A model generated the notes under the pieces. That model made no database searches, was not told the DNA's origin, and worked only from the letters and a program-made list of their open reading frames with translations. A DNA stretch of 64,000 nucleotides from a virus. Its lineage: Duplodnaviria; Caudoviricetes. Positions 29,967 through 39,047 of this stretch are shown in pieces. Positions within the stretch are counted from its first letter, which is position 1; every line of letters begins with the position of its first letter. The position numbers were made by a program, and so were the translations under genes. The stretch lies in IMG/VR virus record IMGVR_UViG_3300011113_000415. One strand, written 5' to 3'.

Positions 29967-30318
29967 TCAAGAAAAATTCATGCGAGCCTGTGACCAGTCA
30001 GTCGACGGGCCAATGGGTGCTCAATTTGACATGTACTGTGGCCTCATTGAAGAAGAGCACAAAGAACTTGTGGCCGCTTTGGCCGCCGACAATGATGTAG
30101 AGGCACTGGATGCCTTGATAGATATTCTTGTTGTCACAATTGGTGCCATACACTCAGCAGGCTTTGATGCCGAAGGTGCTTGGAAAGAAGTCATGCGTAC
30201 CAACTTTGCCAAGATTGATCACGAAACAGGCAAGGTTCGCAAGCGTGAAGATGGTAAAGTACTCAAACCGTTAGGTTGGGAACCACCCAACTTGAAACCT
30301 TTCTTGAAGAGACAATGA
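29950..30318 (+). CDS. MazG-like NTP pyrophosphohydrolase
   Basis: LIEEEHKEL...DALIDILVVTIG...EVMRTNFAK. Confidence 0.8.
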   Translation: MNPFRDQEKFMRACDQSVDGPMGAQFDMYCGLIEEEHKELVAALAADNDVEALDALIDILVVTIGAIHSAGFDAEGAWKEVMRTNFAKIDHETGKVRKREDGKVLKPLGWEPPNLKPFLKRQ

Positions 30319-30524
30319 GTCTACACATAAACCGATTCATTGACAACATCAAAGCACATGAAAGTCGCAATGCAAAGGACTTCATGTGCCCCATGCGAGA
30401 TGCCAAAGATCTCCATGCCGACATAACCAAATTGTTGTTGGTTGTCACTGACTTGCAGTCACGAGTTCAGGCTCTACAACAAGAGTCAGTAATCACCGTG
30501 GAAGTGGCTGGCCGGGACTTCTAA
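30315..30524 (+). CDS. Hypothetical protein
   Basis: 69 aa, coupled overlap. Confidence 0.55.
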   Translation: MSLHINRFIDNIKAHESRNAKDFMCPMRDAKDLHADITKLLLVVTDLQSRVQALQQESVITVEVAGRDF

Positions 30525-30567
30525 AACTACGTATATTTTGGGATAAATAAATGTAGGAGTTTAATGA

Positions 30568-30864
30568 ATGAGCAGACCCAAGCCACAAGTGCTGATTGAG
30601 CACACAAACAAGCAAACCTACAAGACGGAACAGGTACTTGCGGCCGAAGGCATCTGGGCGGTATTCTTTGACAACCAGCCTATCAATCTCAAAACTGCCA
30701 ACCTGTTGACACAGTATCCTGGCCCCAAGTACAAAAAGGTCAGTTTCTCAAACAGTGGTCATGCCATTAACTTGGCTCGCAAACTCAACCTACAGTTCAA
30801 GACCGACAAGTTCACTGTGGTGTTGTTAAAGAGTGGGGATAAGATCTATCCCAATGCGAGATAA
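30568..30864 (+). CDS. Hypothetical protein
   Basis: GATAAATA late-like motif and AGGAG RBS upstream. Confidence 0.6.
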   Translation: MSRPKPQVLIEHTNKQTYKTEQVLAAEGIWAVFFDNQPINLKTANLLTQYPGPKYKKVSFSNSGHAINLARKLNLQFKTDKFTVVLLKSGDKIYPNAR

Positions 30865-31213
30865 ACTTGCTATCACTCAAGCATTAATTGCACAACTCAA
30901 ACCTGATGACCGTCCTGGCATCAACACAGCCATGCGTGACTGGTGGCAGAACATTAGATCAGGTTCGGGACTGCGATTGACTGCAGAGGGTTATGCAACC
31001 ATGAAACAGTTGAGTGTAGAAAGTTATCACTTTGACATCCGTCCAGACAAACTCACACCCCGATTGTTGGTCATGTTGGATCAACGACTACAAGATCCAT
31101 ATTTTCTCAAAGCCGATCGACGCCGACCATGGATTGAATTCTACGGCAGTCGCGAGGCCTTGCTGGCCAACTTGTACGGGGACTTGAGCAAGTTTCTGGA
31201 AAATTACAGTTAA
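30854..31213 (+). CDS. Hypothetical protein
   Basis: 119 aa. Confidence 0.55.
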   Translation: MRDKLAITQALIAQLKPDDRPGINTAMRDWWQNIRSGSGLRLTAEGYATMKQLSVESYHFDIRPDKLTPRLLVMLDQRLQDPYFLKADRRRPWIEFYGSREALLANLYGDLSKFLENYS

Positions 31214-31217
31214 ACCC

Positions 31218-31302
31218 AAAGTATTACTTTTGTAACCCGCAAAAAGTAGTACTTTTATAGTACTACTTTTCGGTTGACCAAAAAAGCAATTTCGGTTATA
31301 AT
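31218..31302 (+). promoter_or_regulatory. Sigma70 promoter with three upstream GTAnTAC palindromes
   Basis: TTGACC(31274)-17-TATAAT(31297); AAAGTATTACTTTT, AAAAGTAGTACTTTT, TAGTACTACTTTT. Confidence 0.8.
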
Positions 31303-31308
31303 ACATGT

Positions 31309-31653
31309 ATGGAAATTAAAAAGCAATCACGCAAAAAACGAGTGGACCGTACACACATTGTTTACTTCATCCAAATTGGTTTGGAGTACTACATTGGTGT
31401 TACAGCAAAGACTCAACGCACAATCAACATGAGCCTGCGCTCACGCATCAACAAGCACATCTATCGCTCACGCACAGAAGACAAATCATGGCGCCTGTAC
31501 GAAGCAATTCGTGGCGCTGGTGAGTCGGCTGTTAATTTTGCGATCATAGACATTGTGCGTGGCAAGACCCAAGCACACACTCTAGAGCGTGAACTAATAC
31601 GAAAGTATACACCTGCTCTTAACACAGATGTGCGTGTGAAAACGGTTGACTAA
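31309..31653 (+). CDS. GIY-YIG nuclease-domain protein
   Basis: IVY...YYIG...R...H and LERELI. Confidence 0.7.
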   Translation: MEIKKQSRKKRVDRTHIVYFIQIGLEYYIGVTAKTQRTINMSLRSRINKHIYRSRTEDKSWRLYEAIRGAGESAVNFAIIDIVRGKTQAHTLERELIRKYTPALNTDVRVKTVD

Positions 31654-31674
31654 TAATTACCGATTTGCTATAAT
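31646..31674 (+). promoter_or_regulatory. Sigma70 promoter
   Basis: TTGACT-17-TATAAT. Confidence 0.8.
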
Positions 31675-31704
31675 ATGTACATAGTAAGAAATAAGGAGCC
31701 CGAA

Positions 31705-32076
31705 ATGGAACAGTTCAAAAGTTGGGAAGAAATGTCTGCGCTAGAGCAAGCCCAGGCAACTTACTGGGACATGTACAAGGATGCCTATGGCGTTCGCCCT
31801 CGCGGTATTGATACGTCCGCATGGACCCTTGATGATTTTACATCTGAATTTGTTGCTCTCGGCAACGCCATTGAGGCTTCAGAAATCCAACGCCGTGACG
31901 CCGAAGCCAAAGCCATTGTCAAGTTCGAAGACCGTGTTGCAAATCTCATGCACCTCGGTACCAACCGCGAGCGTGTGATTGCCTGGCTCATGGACGCCGA
32001 AGGCGCCAATGGCGACTCGGAGTATTTTTGTTTCACCCAGGGCTTGCCCTATGGTTATTTTAGAAAGGTAGCATAA
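31705..32076 (+). CDS. Early hypothetical protein
   Basis: TAAGGAG RBS. Confidence 0.65.
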   Translation: MEQFKSWEEMSALEQAQATYWDMYKDAYGVRPRGIDTSAWTLDDFTSEFVALGNAIEASEIQRRDAEAKAIVKFEDRVANLMHLGTNRERVIAWLMDAEGANGDSEYFCFTQGLPYGYFRKVA

Positions 32077-32339
32077 TGAAAGCACTCACAGCATACATTG
32101 AACAAAAGAACCAGTGGACTGCAATCTTCAAAGGCAAGCAATTTGAAATTAAAACTGCTGAAGGTCGCCGGCGTGTGGCCGAGAGCATTGACTGTGAACT
32201 GAGCCCAGAGAACTTGACCTGCGATGGTGAATTGCCTCGTAGCCAAGTGCAGGCTCGCTACCGAGCACTGACCAGTGCCGCACAGGATCTGATCCAATTG
32301 GATCCTAGTGTTGCTCAATACATGTACGAATTCAACTAA
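32076..32339 (+). CDS. Early hypothetical protein
   Basis: TAATG coupling. Confidence 0.65.
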   Translation: MKALTAYIEQKNQWTAIFKGKQFEIKTAEGRRRVAESIDCELSPENLTCDGELPRSQVQARYRALTSAAQDLIQLDPSVAQYMYEFN

Positions 32340-32349
32340 GGAGCCCTCC

Positions 32350-32697
32350 ATGACAGTAACAGTAAACGGTGTCAAAGTAGACACAATCATAGCCGAAGCC
32401 AAGTCAGCCGCTAGACAGGCCGCTGAAAAGTTTTTCCAAGAAAAACTAAACGGACGAGATCAGTTTGCCTGTGGCTTTGCCTGGGTTGACATCTTTGGTG
32501 TTCGAGGCAATACCAAACTGGGCCGGGCTCTAAAAGAAGCAGGCGTGAGCAAGAGCCACACAGGTGCTTTCCAAATCTGGAATCCATCCAACATGTACGT
32601 GCAAAACGTAGACACCCTGGAAGCCGGTGCCCAAGCGGCGGCTGATGTGTTCAACAAATACGGCTTCAAGGCCTACGCTGGTAGCCGTTTGGATTAA
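32350..32697 (+). CDS. Early hypothetical protein
   Basis: TAAGGAG RBS; ACGFAWV motif. Confidence 0.65.
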   Translation: MTVTVNGVKVDTIIAEAKSAARQAAEKFFQEKLNGRDQFACGFAWVDIFGVRGNTKLGRALKEAGVSKSHTGAFQIWNPSNMYVQNVDTLEAGAQAAADVFNKYGFKAYAGSRLD

Positions 32698-32789
32698 GGA
32701 AACGTCATGATTGAAATGTTCTTATTCCTGGCCATTACCTTTGTGATCAAAGTTTGGTTCATCAACCGATACATGTAAAGAGAAAACAT

Positions 32790-32972
32790 ATGAGACTATC
32801 ACCACTTGACGAGCGCATGAATGCAGACATTGATGCGCTGATTGCCAAATTAGAAGCGGCAAAAACAAGTAGAACCTATCTACAACGTGCCAGCCTTGTG
32901 GGCAAAGTTGCCGAACAATGCCAAAGTTATGAATTTTATTGGGAAGATAGACTTTACAGTCTAATGGATTGA
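32790..32972 (+). CDS. Early hypothetical protein
   Basis: 60 aa. Confidence 0.5.
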   Translation: MRLSPLDERMNADIDALIAKLEAAKTSRTYLQRASLVGKVAEQCQSYEFYWEDRLYSLMD

Positions 32973-33176
32973 ATGTATAATGTAGCAAGCCCAACTCAAC
33001 AACAAGATTTTGAATCTTTAGATCTAGCCATGGCGCATGCCCGGGCGTTGGGTGAGTTTGTTACTATCACAGGTAATGGCATGGAGATTGTGGGTGTGTT
33101 TGGCGCTGACAGCATTCGAGATGGTCGGTGCCCTGACGGTGAGGCATACACATGGATGAAGCGGAGATCGCAGTGA
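32973..33176 (+). CDS. Early hypothetical protein
   Basis: 67 aa, abuts previous ORF. Confidence 0.55.
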   Translation: MYNVASPTQQQDFESLDLAMAHARALGEFVTITGNGMEIVGVFGADSIRDGRCPDGEAYTWMKRRSQ

Positions 33177-33397
33177 ACAGGCGTATCAAACAACTAATGG
33201 GGCAGACTCTAGACGAGCGGTTCAAGGAAACTTGGAGCACCATGACGCCTGAGGACTTGGAACGGTTTGTGAAACACTTTGCCGAACTGCTGATTTGTGA
33301 CTGTGCTGACGTTGCCTATCGCTTTGATGGTGTCACACTGGGACAAGGCTACACCATTGCCAAGCATATCAAAAAGAACTATGAGATTGAACTATGA
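33173..33397 (+). CDS. Early hypothetical protein
   Basis: GTGA overlap; FAELLICDCA motif. Confidence 0.55.
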   Translation: MNRRIKQLMGQTLDERFKETWSTMTPEDLERFVKHFAELLICDCADVAYRFDGVTLGQGYTIAKHIKKNYEIEL

Positions 33398-33651
33398 CGC
33401 ATTATTCGAACACAAATAATCCCATTGACTTTCCAAAAAAGAAAGAGATACCAATGTTGGAACGGTTCGCCGCACAGAGTCTTGTGGACCATGGCGGTGA
33501 ATTAATCTTCAGTAAAGAAAAGTTCGCCGAGTTGATTGTGCAGGAATGTGCTCGGGTAGCGGACCAATGGGTCGATGATGAAGACAATGGCCACAACTTG
33601 GTCAGTGAACGATTGCGACAACATTTTGGAGTTGAAGAATGTACGAACTAA
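33394..33651 (+). CDS. Early hypothetical protein (FAELIVQEC family, similar to 33173 and 61653)
   Basis: EKFAELIVQECA...QHFGVE. Confidence 0.6.
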   Translation: MTHYSNTNNPIDFPKKKEIPMLERFAAQSLVDHGGELIFSKEKFAELIVQECARVADQWVDDEDNGHNLVSERLRQHFGVEECTN

Positions 33652-33836
33652 TATTTACATTTTTGGTTGTGACCAAAGCCGGGCTTCCGGGCTTTCACAT
33701 GGAACGCATGAGTCAGTTTCGTGAAATAGAAGACTGTGAAAAGACCAAGACCGCCATGGTTGCATACATGGATCGGTTAGTGCGAGAGAACAAGATGTTC
33801 CCTGGTGTGTTTGAATGTCAAAAGGTACAACGATGA
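33639..33836 (+). CDS. Early hypothetical protein
   Basis: 65 aa, hydrophobic N-terminus, two Cys. Confidence 0.5.
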   Translation: MYELIFTFLVVTKAGLPGFHMERMSQFREIEDCEKTKTAMVAYMDRLVRENKMFPGVFECQKVQR

Positions 33837-34102
33837 ACCGAGAAATTACACTCACACCCGAAGGTGGTCGATTCTATCGTGCCATGACATTCCACTGGGT
33901 CACGGTGGCCATATGTTTGCCGCCCTTGATGGCACTCATGATTGTGGCCATATTGAATCCCTTGTGGTTCCGTGACTCAATGTTTAACTGGGTTGAACGA
34001 CAAGTCAACGCATTCACACGTTGGCGCAACAATGTCAAATACCGCATCTATCTCAACTGTGACCCTGTAGTTTGGCACACCCTCAAAGGAGACTTGAAAT
34101 GA
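33833..34102 (+). CDS. Small membrane protein
   Basis: One long TM segment; ATGA overlaps. Confidence 0.55.
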   Translation: MNREITLTPEGGRFYRAMTFHWVTVAICLPPLMALMIVAILNPLWFRDSMFNWVERQVNAFTRWRNNVKYRIYLNCDPVVWHTLKGDLK

Positions 34103-34497
34103 CCATGCCCGCTGGAAAATATTACATTGGTGACTTGTGCTATGTTATGCACCCTGAATGGGACGAGGCTGTGAGCCTCATGTTCCCTGACAATCATTCG
34201 GGACGTGGTGTAGATGGCGAGTTTGTTCTACGAGATGGCCGCAGATTTGCAAATTTTGGAACTCGCTGGGGCGACGGTACTTACACAAGTAACATTAGAA
34301 CACGTCACCTAGTGGACTCTGGGTCAATTGGTTGCATACGTGTAGAAGACATTCGAGACAACACCTATGACAACATTGAAACCCTGGGTGCTGTGGTAGA
34401 GTTTGCACAGCCTTTTGAAGTGTCAGAAGATTCAGGCTTGATTTGCTTTGGTGCAGTGGAAATTGAAACCAACCCCGAATACGAATTTGATGAATAA
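34099..34497 (+). CDS. Hypothetical protein
   Basis: GKYYIGDLCYV...VDSGSIGCI. Confidence 0.65.
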   Translation: MTMPAGKYYIGDLCYVMHPEWDEAVSLMFPDNHSGRGVDGEFVLRDGRRFANFGTRWGDGTYTSNIRTRHLVDSGSIGCIRVEDIRDNTYDNIETLGAVVEFAQPFEVSEDSGLICFGAVEIETNPEYEFDE

Positions 34498-34798
34498 ACT
34501 AATCCGTGATGGCCGTGTAGCAGTACTGTATTCGCCTAAGTATGGAGGCGGATGGTATTCGTGGAATCCAAATCACCCTGAAATCTTGTTTGATCCTGCC
34601 ATAGTGGACTTTTTGGAAAAGAAACAACTTGAAGAATTGCAGGTATATGTTACACTGAAATATCCCGATGTTAGTCAATGGGGCTTGGAGGGATTAGCAA
34701 TTGAGTGGATTCCCCAAGGTGTTCATTTCCGGGTGAAGGAATACGATGGCAGCGAAAGCATTGAATTAAGAGACGGAGTAAACTGGATACAGGCTTGA
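34490..34798 (+). CDS. Hypothetical protein
   Basis: VAVLYSPKYGGGWYSWN...EYDGSESI. Confidence 0.65.
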   Translation: MNKLIRDGRVAVLYSPKYGGGWYSWNPNHPEILFDPAIVDFLEKKQLEELQVYVTLKYPDVSQWGLEGLAIEWIPQGVHFRVKEYDGSESIELRDGVNWIQA

Positions 34799-34823
34799 CA
34801 CTAAATAGATTTCCTAGTATAGT
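34795..34823 (+). promoter_or_regulatory. Sigma70 promoter of the tRNA(CAU) gene
   Basis: TTGACA-17-TATAGT. Confidence 0.7.
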
Positions 34824-34832
34824 ATTTGATAC

Positions 34833-34918
34833 ACAACGGACGCCGTATTGGTCGCAGGCCCTAGACTCATAATCTAGTTCGAAAGACACTGTGGGTTCGA
34901 ATCCCACCCGTTGTACCA
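34833..34918 (+). tRNA. tRNA with CAT anticodon and long variable arm (Ile2/Met identity unclear)
   Basis: ACAACGG/CCGTTGT, loop CTCATAA, TC-GAAA-GA variable arm, TTCGAAT T-loop, CCA. Confidence 0.85.
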
Positions 34919-34926
34919 CAATAACC

Positions 34927-35406
34927 ATGACCAAAGTAAATTCCAGTCCCCAACGTCACACATTCCAACACAGCAAAATTGAGTTGGAAGCAGTGCTGGA
35001 AGATATCCGCAATCAGGATCGCCTGAAATTGGCCGACCCAGAGTGGCAAAAAGACAATCTAGAGTACGACTTGCGTAGTACCAAATGGATCTGCGACCGA
35101 GTCAAAAGCACCAAGACCTATGCTCAAAACTTGTATGCGGCCCTGTGCAACAATGACTTTCAAAAGAACGCGGTATGGACCAGACTTGAAGACAAAGTAT
35201 GGGGTTGTAGTTGGCGACATGCTGGAGGTATCGTAGCCGACATGCGTGAAGAAGGTGACTACATTGATTGGTACTGTTCGGGCATACAAGGCGAGCCTGA
35301 TGAGTCCTGGATAGATCTAGGGCATGTTCCTGAAGGCACTGTTACAGACCAAATCCGTGAAGACTTGTTTCGCCTGGGATGGCTTGTGCTAGAGTCCCGA
35401 GACTAA
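34927..35406 (+). CDS. Hypothetical protein
   Basis: YAQNLYAALCNN...CSWRHAGGIVA. Confidence 0.65.
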   Translation: MTKVNSSPQRHTFQHSKIELEAVLEDIRNQDRLKLADPEWQKDNLEYDLRSTKWICDRVKSTKTYAQNLYAALCNNDFQKNAVWTRLEDKVWGCSWRHAGGIVADMREEGDYIDWYCSGIQGEPDESWIDLGHVPEGTVTDQIREDLFRLGWLVLESRD

Positions 35407-35459
35407 ATTTTTTCTATTGCCAACATAGATAATCTCAATAGCAAAAACCTATTTTTTGC

Positions 35460-35488
35460 TTGACTTCATTGATATATACTATTATAAT
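35460..35488 (+). promoter_or_regulatory. Sigma70 promoter
   Basis: TTGACT-17-TATAAT. Confidence 0.75.
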
Positions 35489-35535
35489 AAACACTCAGTA
35501 CAAACACTGAGTTTCATTTCAACAAGGAGAAAAAT

Positions 35536-36075
35536 ATGAAAACTGTAGGCGATAAGTTAACCCCGTTTGCTGTCACTGGCGTCCGTCCTGGACAACCCGA
35601 AGACGCTTTTTATACCATTACCGACGAATCATTTGAAGGCAAGTGGAAAGTGATTGTGTACTATCCCAAAGACTTCACATTCGTTTGCCCCACCGAGATT
35701 GTGGCCTATGACAAGTTGGCTGATGACTTTGCTGACCGTGATGCAGTATTGCTAACAGGATCAACAGACAACGAGTTCTGCAAAGTGGCATGGCAAAAAT
35801 CGCATGATGACCTGCGCAAGATCACACATCATCAGTTTGCTGATACACAGCGTGGCGAGTTATCATTGATTGAACAACTGGGCGTGTTCTATGCGCCAGC
35901 AGGTGCCGCACTTCGTGCAACATTCATTGTTGATCCCAACAACGAAATCCAACACGTTACTGTCAACAACTTGAATGTTGGTCGCTCACCAGAAGAAACA
36001 CTCCGTGTGTTAGACGCTCTACAAACAGGCGAACTGTGTGCATGTAACCGTACAGTTGGTGGCGAAACCCTGTGA
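35536..36075 (+). CDS. ahpC: Peroxiredoxin AhpC
   Basis: YYPKDFTFVCPTEI; GELCACN. Confidence 0.93.
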   Translation: MKTVGDKLTPFAVTGVRPGQPEDAFYTITDESFEGKWKVIVYYPKDFTFVCPTEIVAYDKLADDFADRDAVLLTGSTDNEFCKVAWQKSHDDLRKITHHQFADTQRGELSLIEQLGVFYAPAGAALRATFIVDPNNEIQHVTVNNLNVGRSPEETLRVLDALQTGELCACNRTVGGETL

Positions 36076-36254
36076 AGATAAACTTCTTTAGTCGCGGCGT
36101 AGAAACTCTACGCCAACCTGATCGCAAACCTAGATGTTATGAACTAACCGAGCAAGAACGTCTGGACAAGATTCGTGAATGGAACAATCGTAATGTTTGG
36201 AACACTCCTGAGTTGGCTGAACAAGACCTTGAGTCCACTTATTACGGAGCATAA
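36072..36254 (+). CDS. Hypothetical protein
   Basis: 60 aa, GTGA overlap. Confidence 0.45.
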   Translation: MKINFFSRGVETLRQPDRKPRCYELTEQERLDKIREWNNRNVWNTPELAEQDLESTYYGA

Positions 36255-36256
36255 TC

Positions 36257-36910
36257 ATGTTAGAAACCATTTGCGAAACATTGGTAGAAGCCTATCGTAG
36301 AAACTGGATTACCAGTCGTGATGGCAATGTCAGTATCCGTCATCACGACCGTGATCACTTTTATATCACCCCGTCGGGTGTGCGCAAGCAGACCATGCAA
36401 CCAGATCAGTTTAAGAAGATACGATTGGTCAACAGCATCAGTGCCACACCTCCGTTCTTGACACAGTCATGGCAAGAAGATGACTATACTGACATCAGTA
36501 GCAATCTAAAGCCTAGTGGTGAGATACCCTTGCACTTTGGTTTACAGCGAGCCATGGGCCAACATGCCAATGATGTGCGTGTGGTAGTACACTTGCATCC
36601 TACCTATTGTGTGGCGGCCATGCATGCTGGTATTGATTTGTCAACTATTGTGAATGACTTTCCTGAACTGAGTCGTTACACAAGGGTGGCGCCCAATGTG
36701 GGCGATGTGCCGCCTATCAGTCAAGAACTTGCAGATCGTTGTCACCAAAATCTACAACTGGATTCCGCGGGTAACATTGCCTACGATATTGTGGGCATCA
36801 AAGGTCACGGGGTGGTGGCCATTGATACCAGTCCCTGGCGTGCATTTGAGCATATAGAGAGGTTGGAACATATTTCAAAAATTGTATTATCATCAAGGAG
36901 ATTTCAATGA
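36257..36910 (+). CDS. Class II aldolase/adducin-family protein
   Basis: DGNVSIR, PSGEIPLH, HLHP, GHGVVA. Confidence 0.85.
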   Translation: MLETICETLVEAYRRNWITSRDGNVSIRHHDRDHFYITPSGVRKQTMQPDQFKKIRLVNSISATPPFLTQSWQEDDYTDISSNLKPSGEIPLHFGLQRAMGQHANDVRVVVHLHPTYCVAAMHAGIDLSTIVNDFPELSRYTRVAPNVGDVPPISQELADRCHQNLQLDSAGNIAYDIVGIKGHGVVAIDTSPWRAFEHIERLEHISKIVLSSRRFQ

Positions 36911-37422
36911 CAGCATGGGTTGATCAACTCAAAGAAGGCCTGCCCGAGTATGCCAAAGATACAAAGTTAAACTTGGACGCTGTGATCAAGCGTGGCACCA
37001 TTGATCCAGAACAAGCAGAAGCCATTGCCTTGGCGGCGGCTTTTGCTACAGGCAATGGTAAATTGGTCTCATTCATTCAAAGCAACGTTGCCAATGGGGT
37101 AGAGCGTGATGCGGCACTCACAGCCGGTTCAATCATGTCAATGAACAATACTTGGTATCCTTACGTTGAAATGGCGGAAGATCCTGCACTCAAAGGCTTG
37201 CCAGCACAACTTAGAATGAATGCCATTGCCACACACGGTGGTACTACAAAGGCTCGTTTTGAAGCCTACAGTCTAGCCGCTTCAATAATAGGCAAGTGCC
37301 ATTTCTGTGTCAAAGCACATTATGATACCTTGAAAAAGGAAGGCTACTCAGTTGAACAACTGAGAGACATTGGTCGTATTGCGTCTGTGATTGCCAGCGT
37401 TGCTCGTGTGCTGAACAGTTGA
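36907..37422 (+). CDS. ahpD: Alkylhydroperoxidase AhpD
   Basis: MNNTWYP; CHFCVKAH. Confidence 0.9.
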   Translation: MTAWVDQLKEGLPEYAKDTKLNLDAVIKRGTIDPEQAEAIALAAAFATGNGKLVSFIQSNVANGVERDAALTAGSIMSMNNTWYPYVEMAEDPALKGLPAQLRMNAIATHGGTTKARFEAYSLAASIIGKCHFCVKAHYDTLKKEGYSVEQLRDIGRIASVIASVARVLNS

Positions 37423-37661
37423 GCAAGCGGCAAAACCAGTTGACCGGTGTTGGTTATTGAAACTGTTGCGAAGCACTTCACACTGAATCAAGGTCTCAAC
37501 GGGTCTTGATTCTTTGATCAAGGCATGATCGGCAGTGAAAATAAACAAAGTCAATATGTATTCCATATGATTATATATCCTACTAAACGTTGGAAATTGT
37601 GTTGTTTGTTATACAGAGTTCTTGGATTAATATAACCTGCAAAACTAATACTTTTGTGTTA

Positions 37662-37690
37662 TTGACCCAAATTGGATCCTGTGTTATAAT
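37662..37690 (+). promoter_or_regulatory. Sigma70 promoter
   Basis: TTGACC-17-TATAAT. Confidence 0.75.
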
Positions 37691-37707
37691 TACAAACTAA
37701 GGAGAAT

Positions 37708-38178
37708 GTGATGCCATGGATCGAAAATGTAGCCGCCGCAGATGTGCCCCAAAGGCATCATCACGAGGCTGGCGACAATGCCATGCTGATCCAGATCATG
37801 GATCCGTGTCCCACCTGGTGGCCCGCTCCTGCACACAACTTTCGAGAAACACATCGTTTTGAATTTTTGGATGCAGAAGATGGTGATCGTTTTCCTGAAG
37901 AATGTTTGATCAGCGATGCCCAGGCTGAAAAAATTGTAGGCCTGTTGCAACATGCCTTGGCCAATCGCATGAACGTGGTTGTGCATTGTGTGGCAGGATT
38001 GTGTCGCTCAGGTGCAGTGGCTGAAGTTGGCGTGATGATGGGCTTTGATGAGTGTGAACGCACTCGCATACCCAACATTAGAGTCAAGCATAGGTTGATG
38101 AAGGCCTTGGGCTGGACCTATGATGCGAATGAACAGCCAGATGCAGAAGCCTGGCGTAAGATGAACCTAGATTATTAA
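37708..38178 (+). CDS. Dual-specificity/tyrosine phosphatase-like protein
   Basis: HCxxGxxRS: VHCVAGLCRSG. Confidence 0.8.
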   Translation: MMPWIENVAAADVPQRHHHEAGDNAMLIQIMDPCPTWWPAPAHNFRETHRFEFLDAEDGDRFPEECLISDAQAEKIVGLLQHALANRMNVVVHCVAGLCRSGAVAEVGVMMGFDECERTRIPNIRVKHRLMKALGWTYDANEQPDAEAWRKMNLDY

Positions 38179-38188
38179 GGAGGCAATA

Positions 38189-38794
38189 ATGCCCGCAGTA
38201 TTTTTGACAAGCGACACGCACTTTGGACACGCAGGTGTCTGTCGCTTCACGCACCCAGATGATCCTGAAGTGAAATTGCGTCCCTGGACTGATCCAGACG
38301 AGATGGATGAGGCAATGATCAAGAAATGGAACGAACGTGTTCGTCCCAACGACAAGGTCTATCACTTGGGCGATGTTGTGATCAATCGCAAGGCTTTGAA
38401 GACCTTGGCACGTTTGAACGGCGACAAGGTGTTGATCCGTGGCAACCACGACATCTTTAGAGATGACGAGTATCGTGAATACTTTCGTGAATTGCGAGCC
38501 TACCATGTGATGAACGGCATGATCTTGAGTCACATTCCTGTGCATGAGGCTTCGTTGGGTCGCTTTGGAGTTAACATTCACGGACACTTGCATGCCACTC
38601 GTGTGAAAAAAGCACGTGGGGTTGACGCCAAGACCGGAACTGTTTTGTACAGCACTGAAATTGACCCACGCTACCATTGCGTGTGTGTGGAGCAAACTGA
38701 CTTTGCACCCATCTTGTTTGAAGATGTTATCAAACGGATTGAAGCAGAAGGTGGTAAAGTTGGCTTTCAAAATGGCAATGGACCCACAATGTAG
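38189..38794 (+). CDS. Calcineurin-like metallophosphoesterase
   Basis: SDTHFGH, HLGDV, GNHD, HGHLH. Confidence 0.88.
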   Translation: MPAVFLTSDTHFGHAGVCRFTHPDDPEVKLRPWTDPDEMDEAMIKKWNERVRPNDKVYHLGDVVINRKALKTLARLNGDKVLIRGNHDIFRDDEYREYFRELRAYHVMNGMILSHIPVHEASLGRFGVNIHGHLHATRVKKARGVDAKTGTVLYSTEIDPRYHCVCVEQTDFAPILFEDVIKRIEAEGGKVGFQNGNGPTM

Positions 38795-38797
38795 GGG

Positions 38798-38826
38798 TTG
38801 ACAAGGTATAAATAAACCTGTATAAT
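38798..38826 (+). promoter_or_regulatory. Consensus sigma70 promoter, with TATAAATA in the spacer, heading the tRNA array
   Basis: TTGACA-17-TATAAT. Confidence 0.85.
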
Positions 38827-38835
38827 TAGCACATT

Positions 38836-38973
38836 ATGAAAACATTTGGACCTTATTCGTTATCAGTCCGTCCACAGAGTCTGGGCACATGCCCCGCCTT
38901 GTGGTCCACGATTGAGAACATGCATAATGGTCGTGAACTAGATCACAACAGGGTCCAAGGAGATCGGGAGTAG
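38836..38973 (+). CDS. Putative attenuator leader peptide (45 aa, near-leaderless)
   Basis: MKTFGPYSLSVRPQSLGTCPALWSTIENMHNGRELDHNRVQGDRE*; ends just before terminator and contains the antiterminator arm. Confidence 0.5.
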   Translation: MKTFGPYSLSVRPQSLGTCPALWSTIENMHNGRELDHNRVQGDRE

Positions 38974-38998
38974 GTCAATACATACTCCAACTTCGAAG

Positions 38999-39028
38999 AC
39001 CCTGGAACTCGAAACTCCAGGGTTTTTT
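38999..39028 (+). terminator. Intrinsic terminator (attenuator)
   Basis: ACCCTGGA/TCCAGGGT 8-bp stem followed by TTTTT; 5' arm can instead pair with CAGGGTC at 38949-38955. Confidence 0.8.
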
Positions 39029-39047
39029 ATTTTTAAAAAAGGAAAAA

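Noticed and set aside
31218-31270. Short repeats as a CRISPR array
   Set aside because: No 23-47 bp repeats with unique spacers and no cas genes.
31309-31653. GIY-YIG as an intron-encoded homing endonuclease
   Set aside because: Free-standing with its own promoter; no interrupted gene or intron structure seen.
38084-38770. 228-aa minus-strand ORF; likewise 62339-62866 and 13942-14406
   Set aside because: Antisense shadows of well-supported plus-strand genes.
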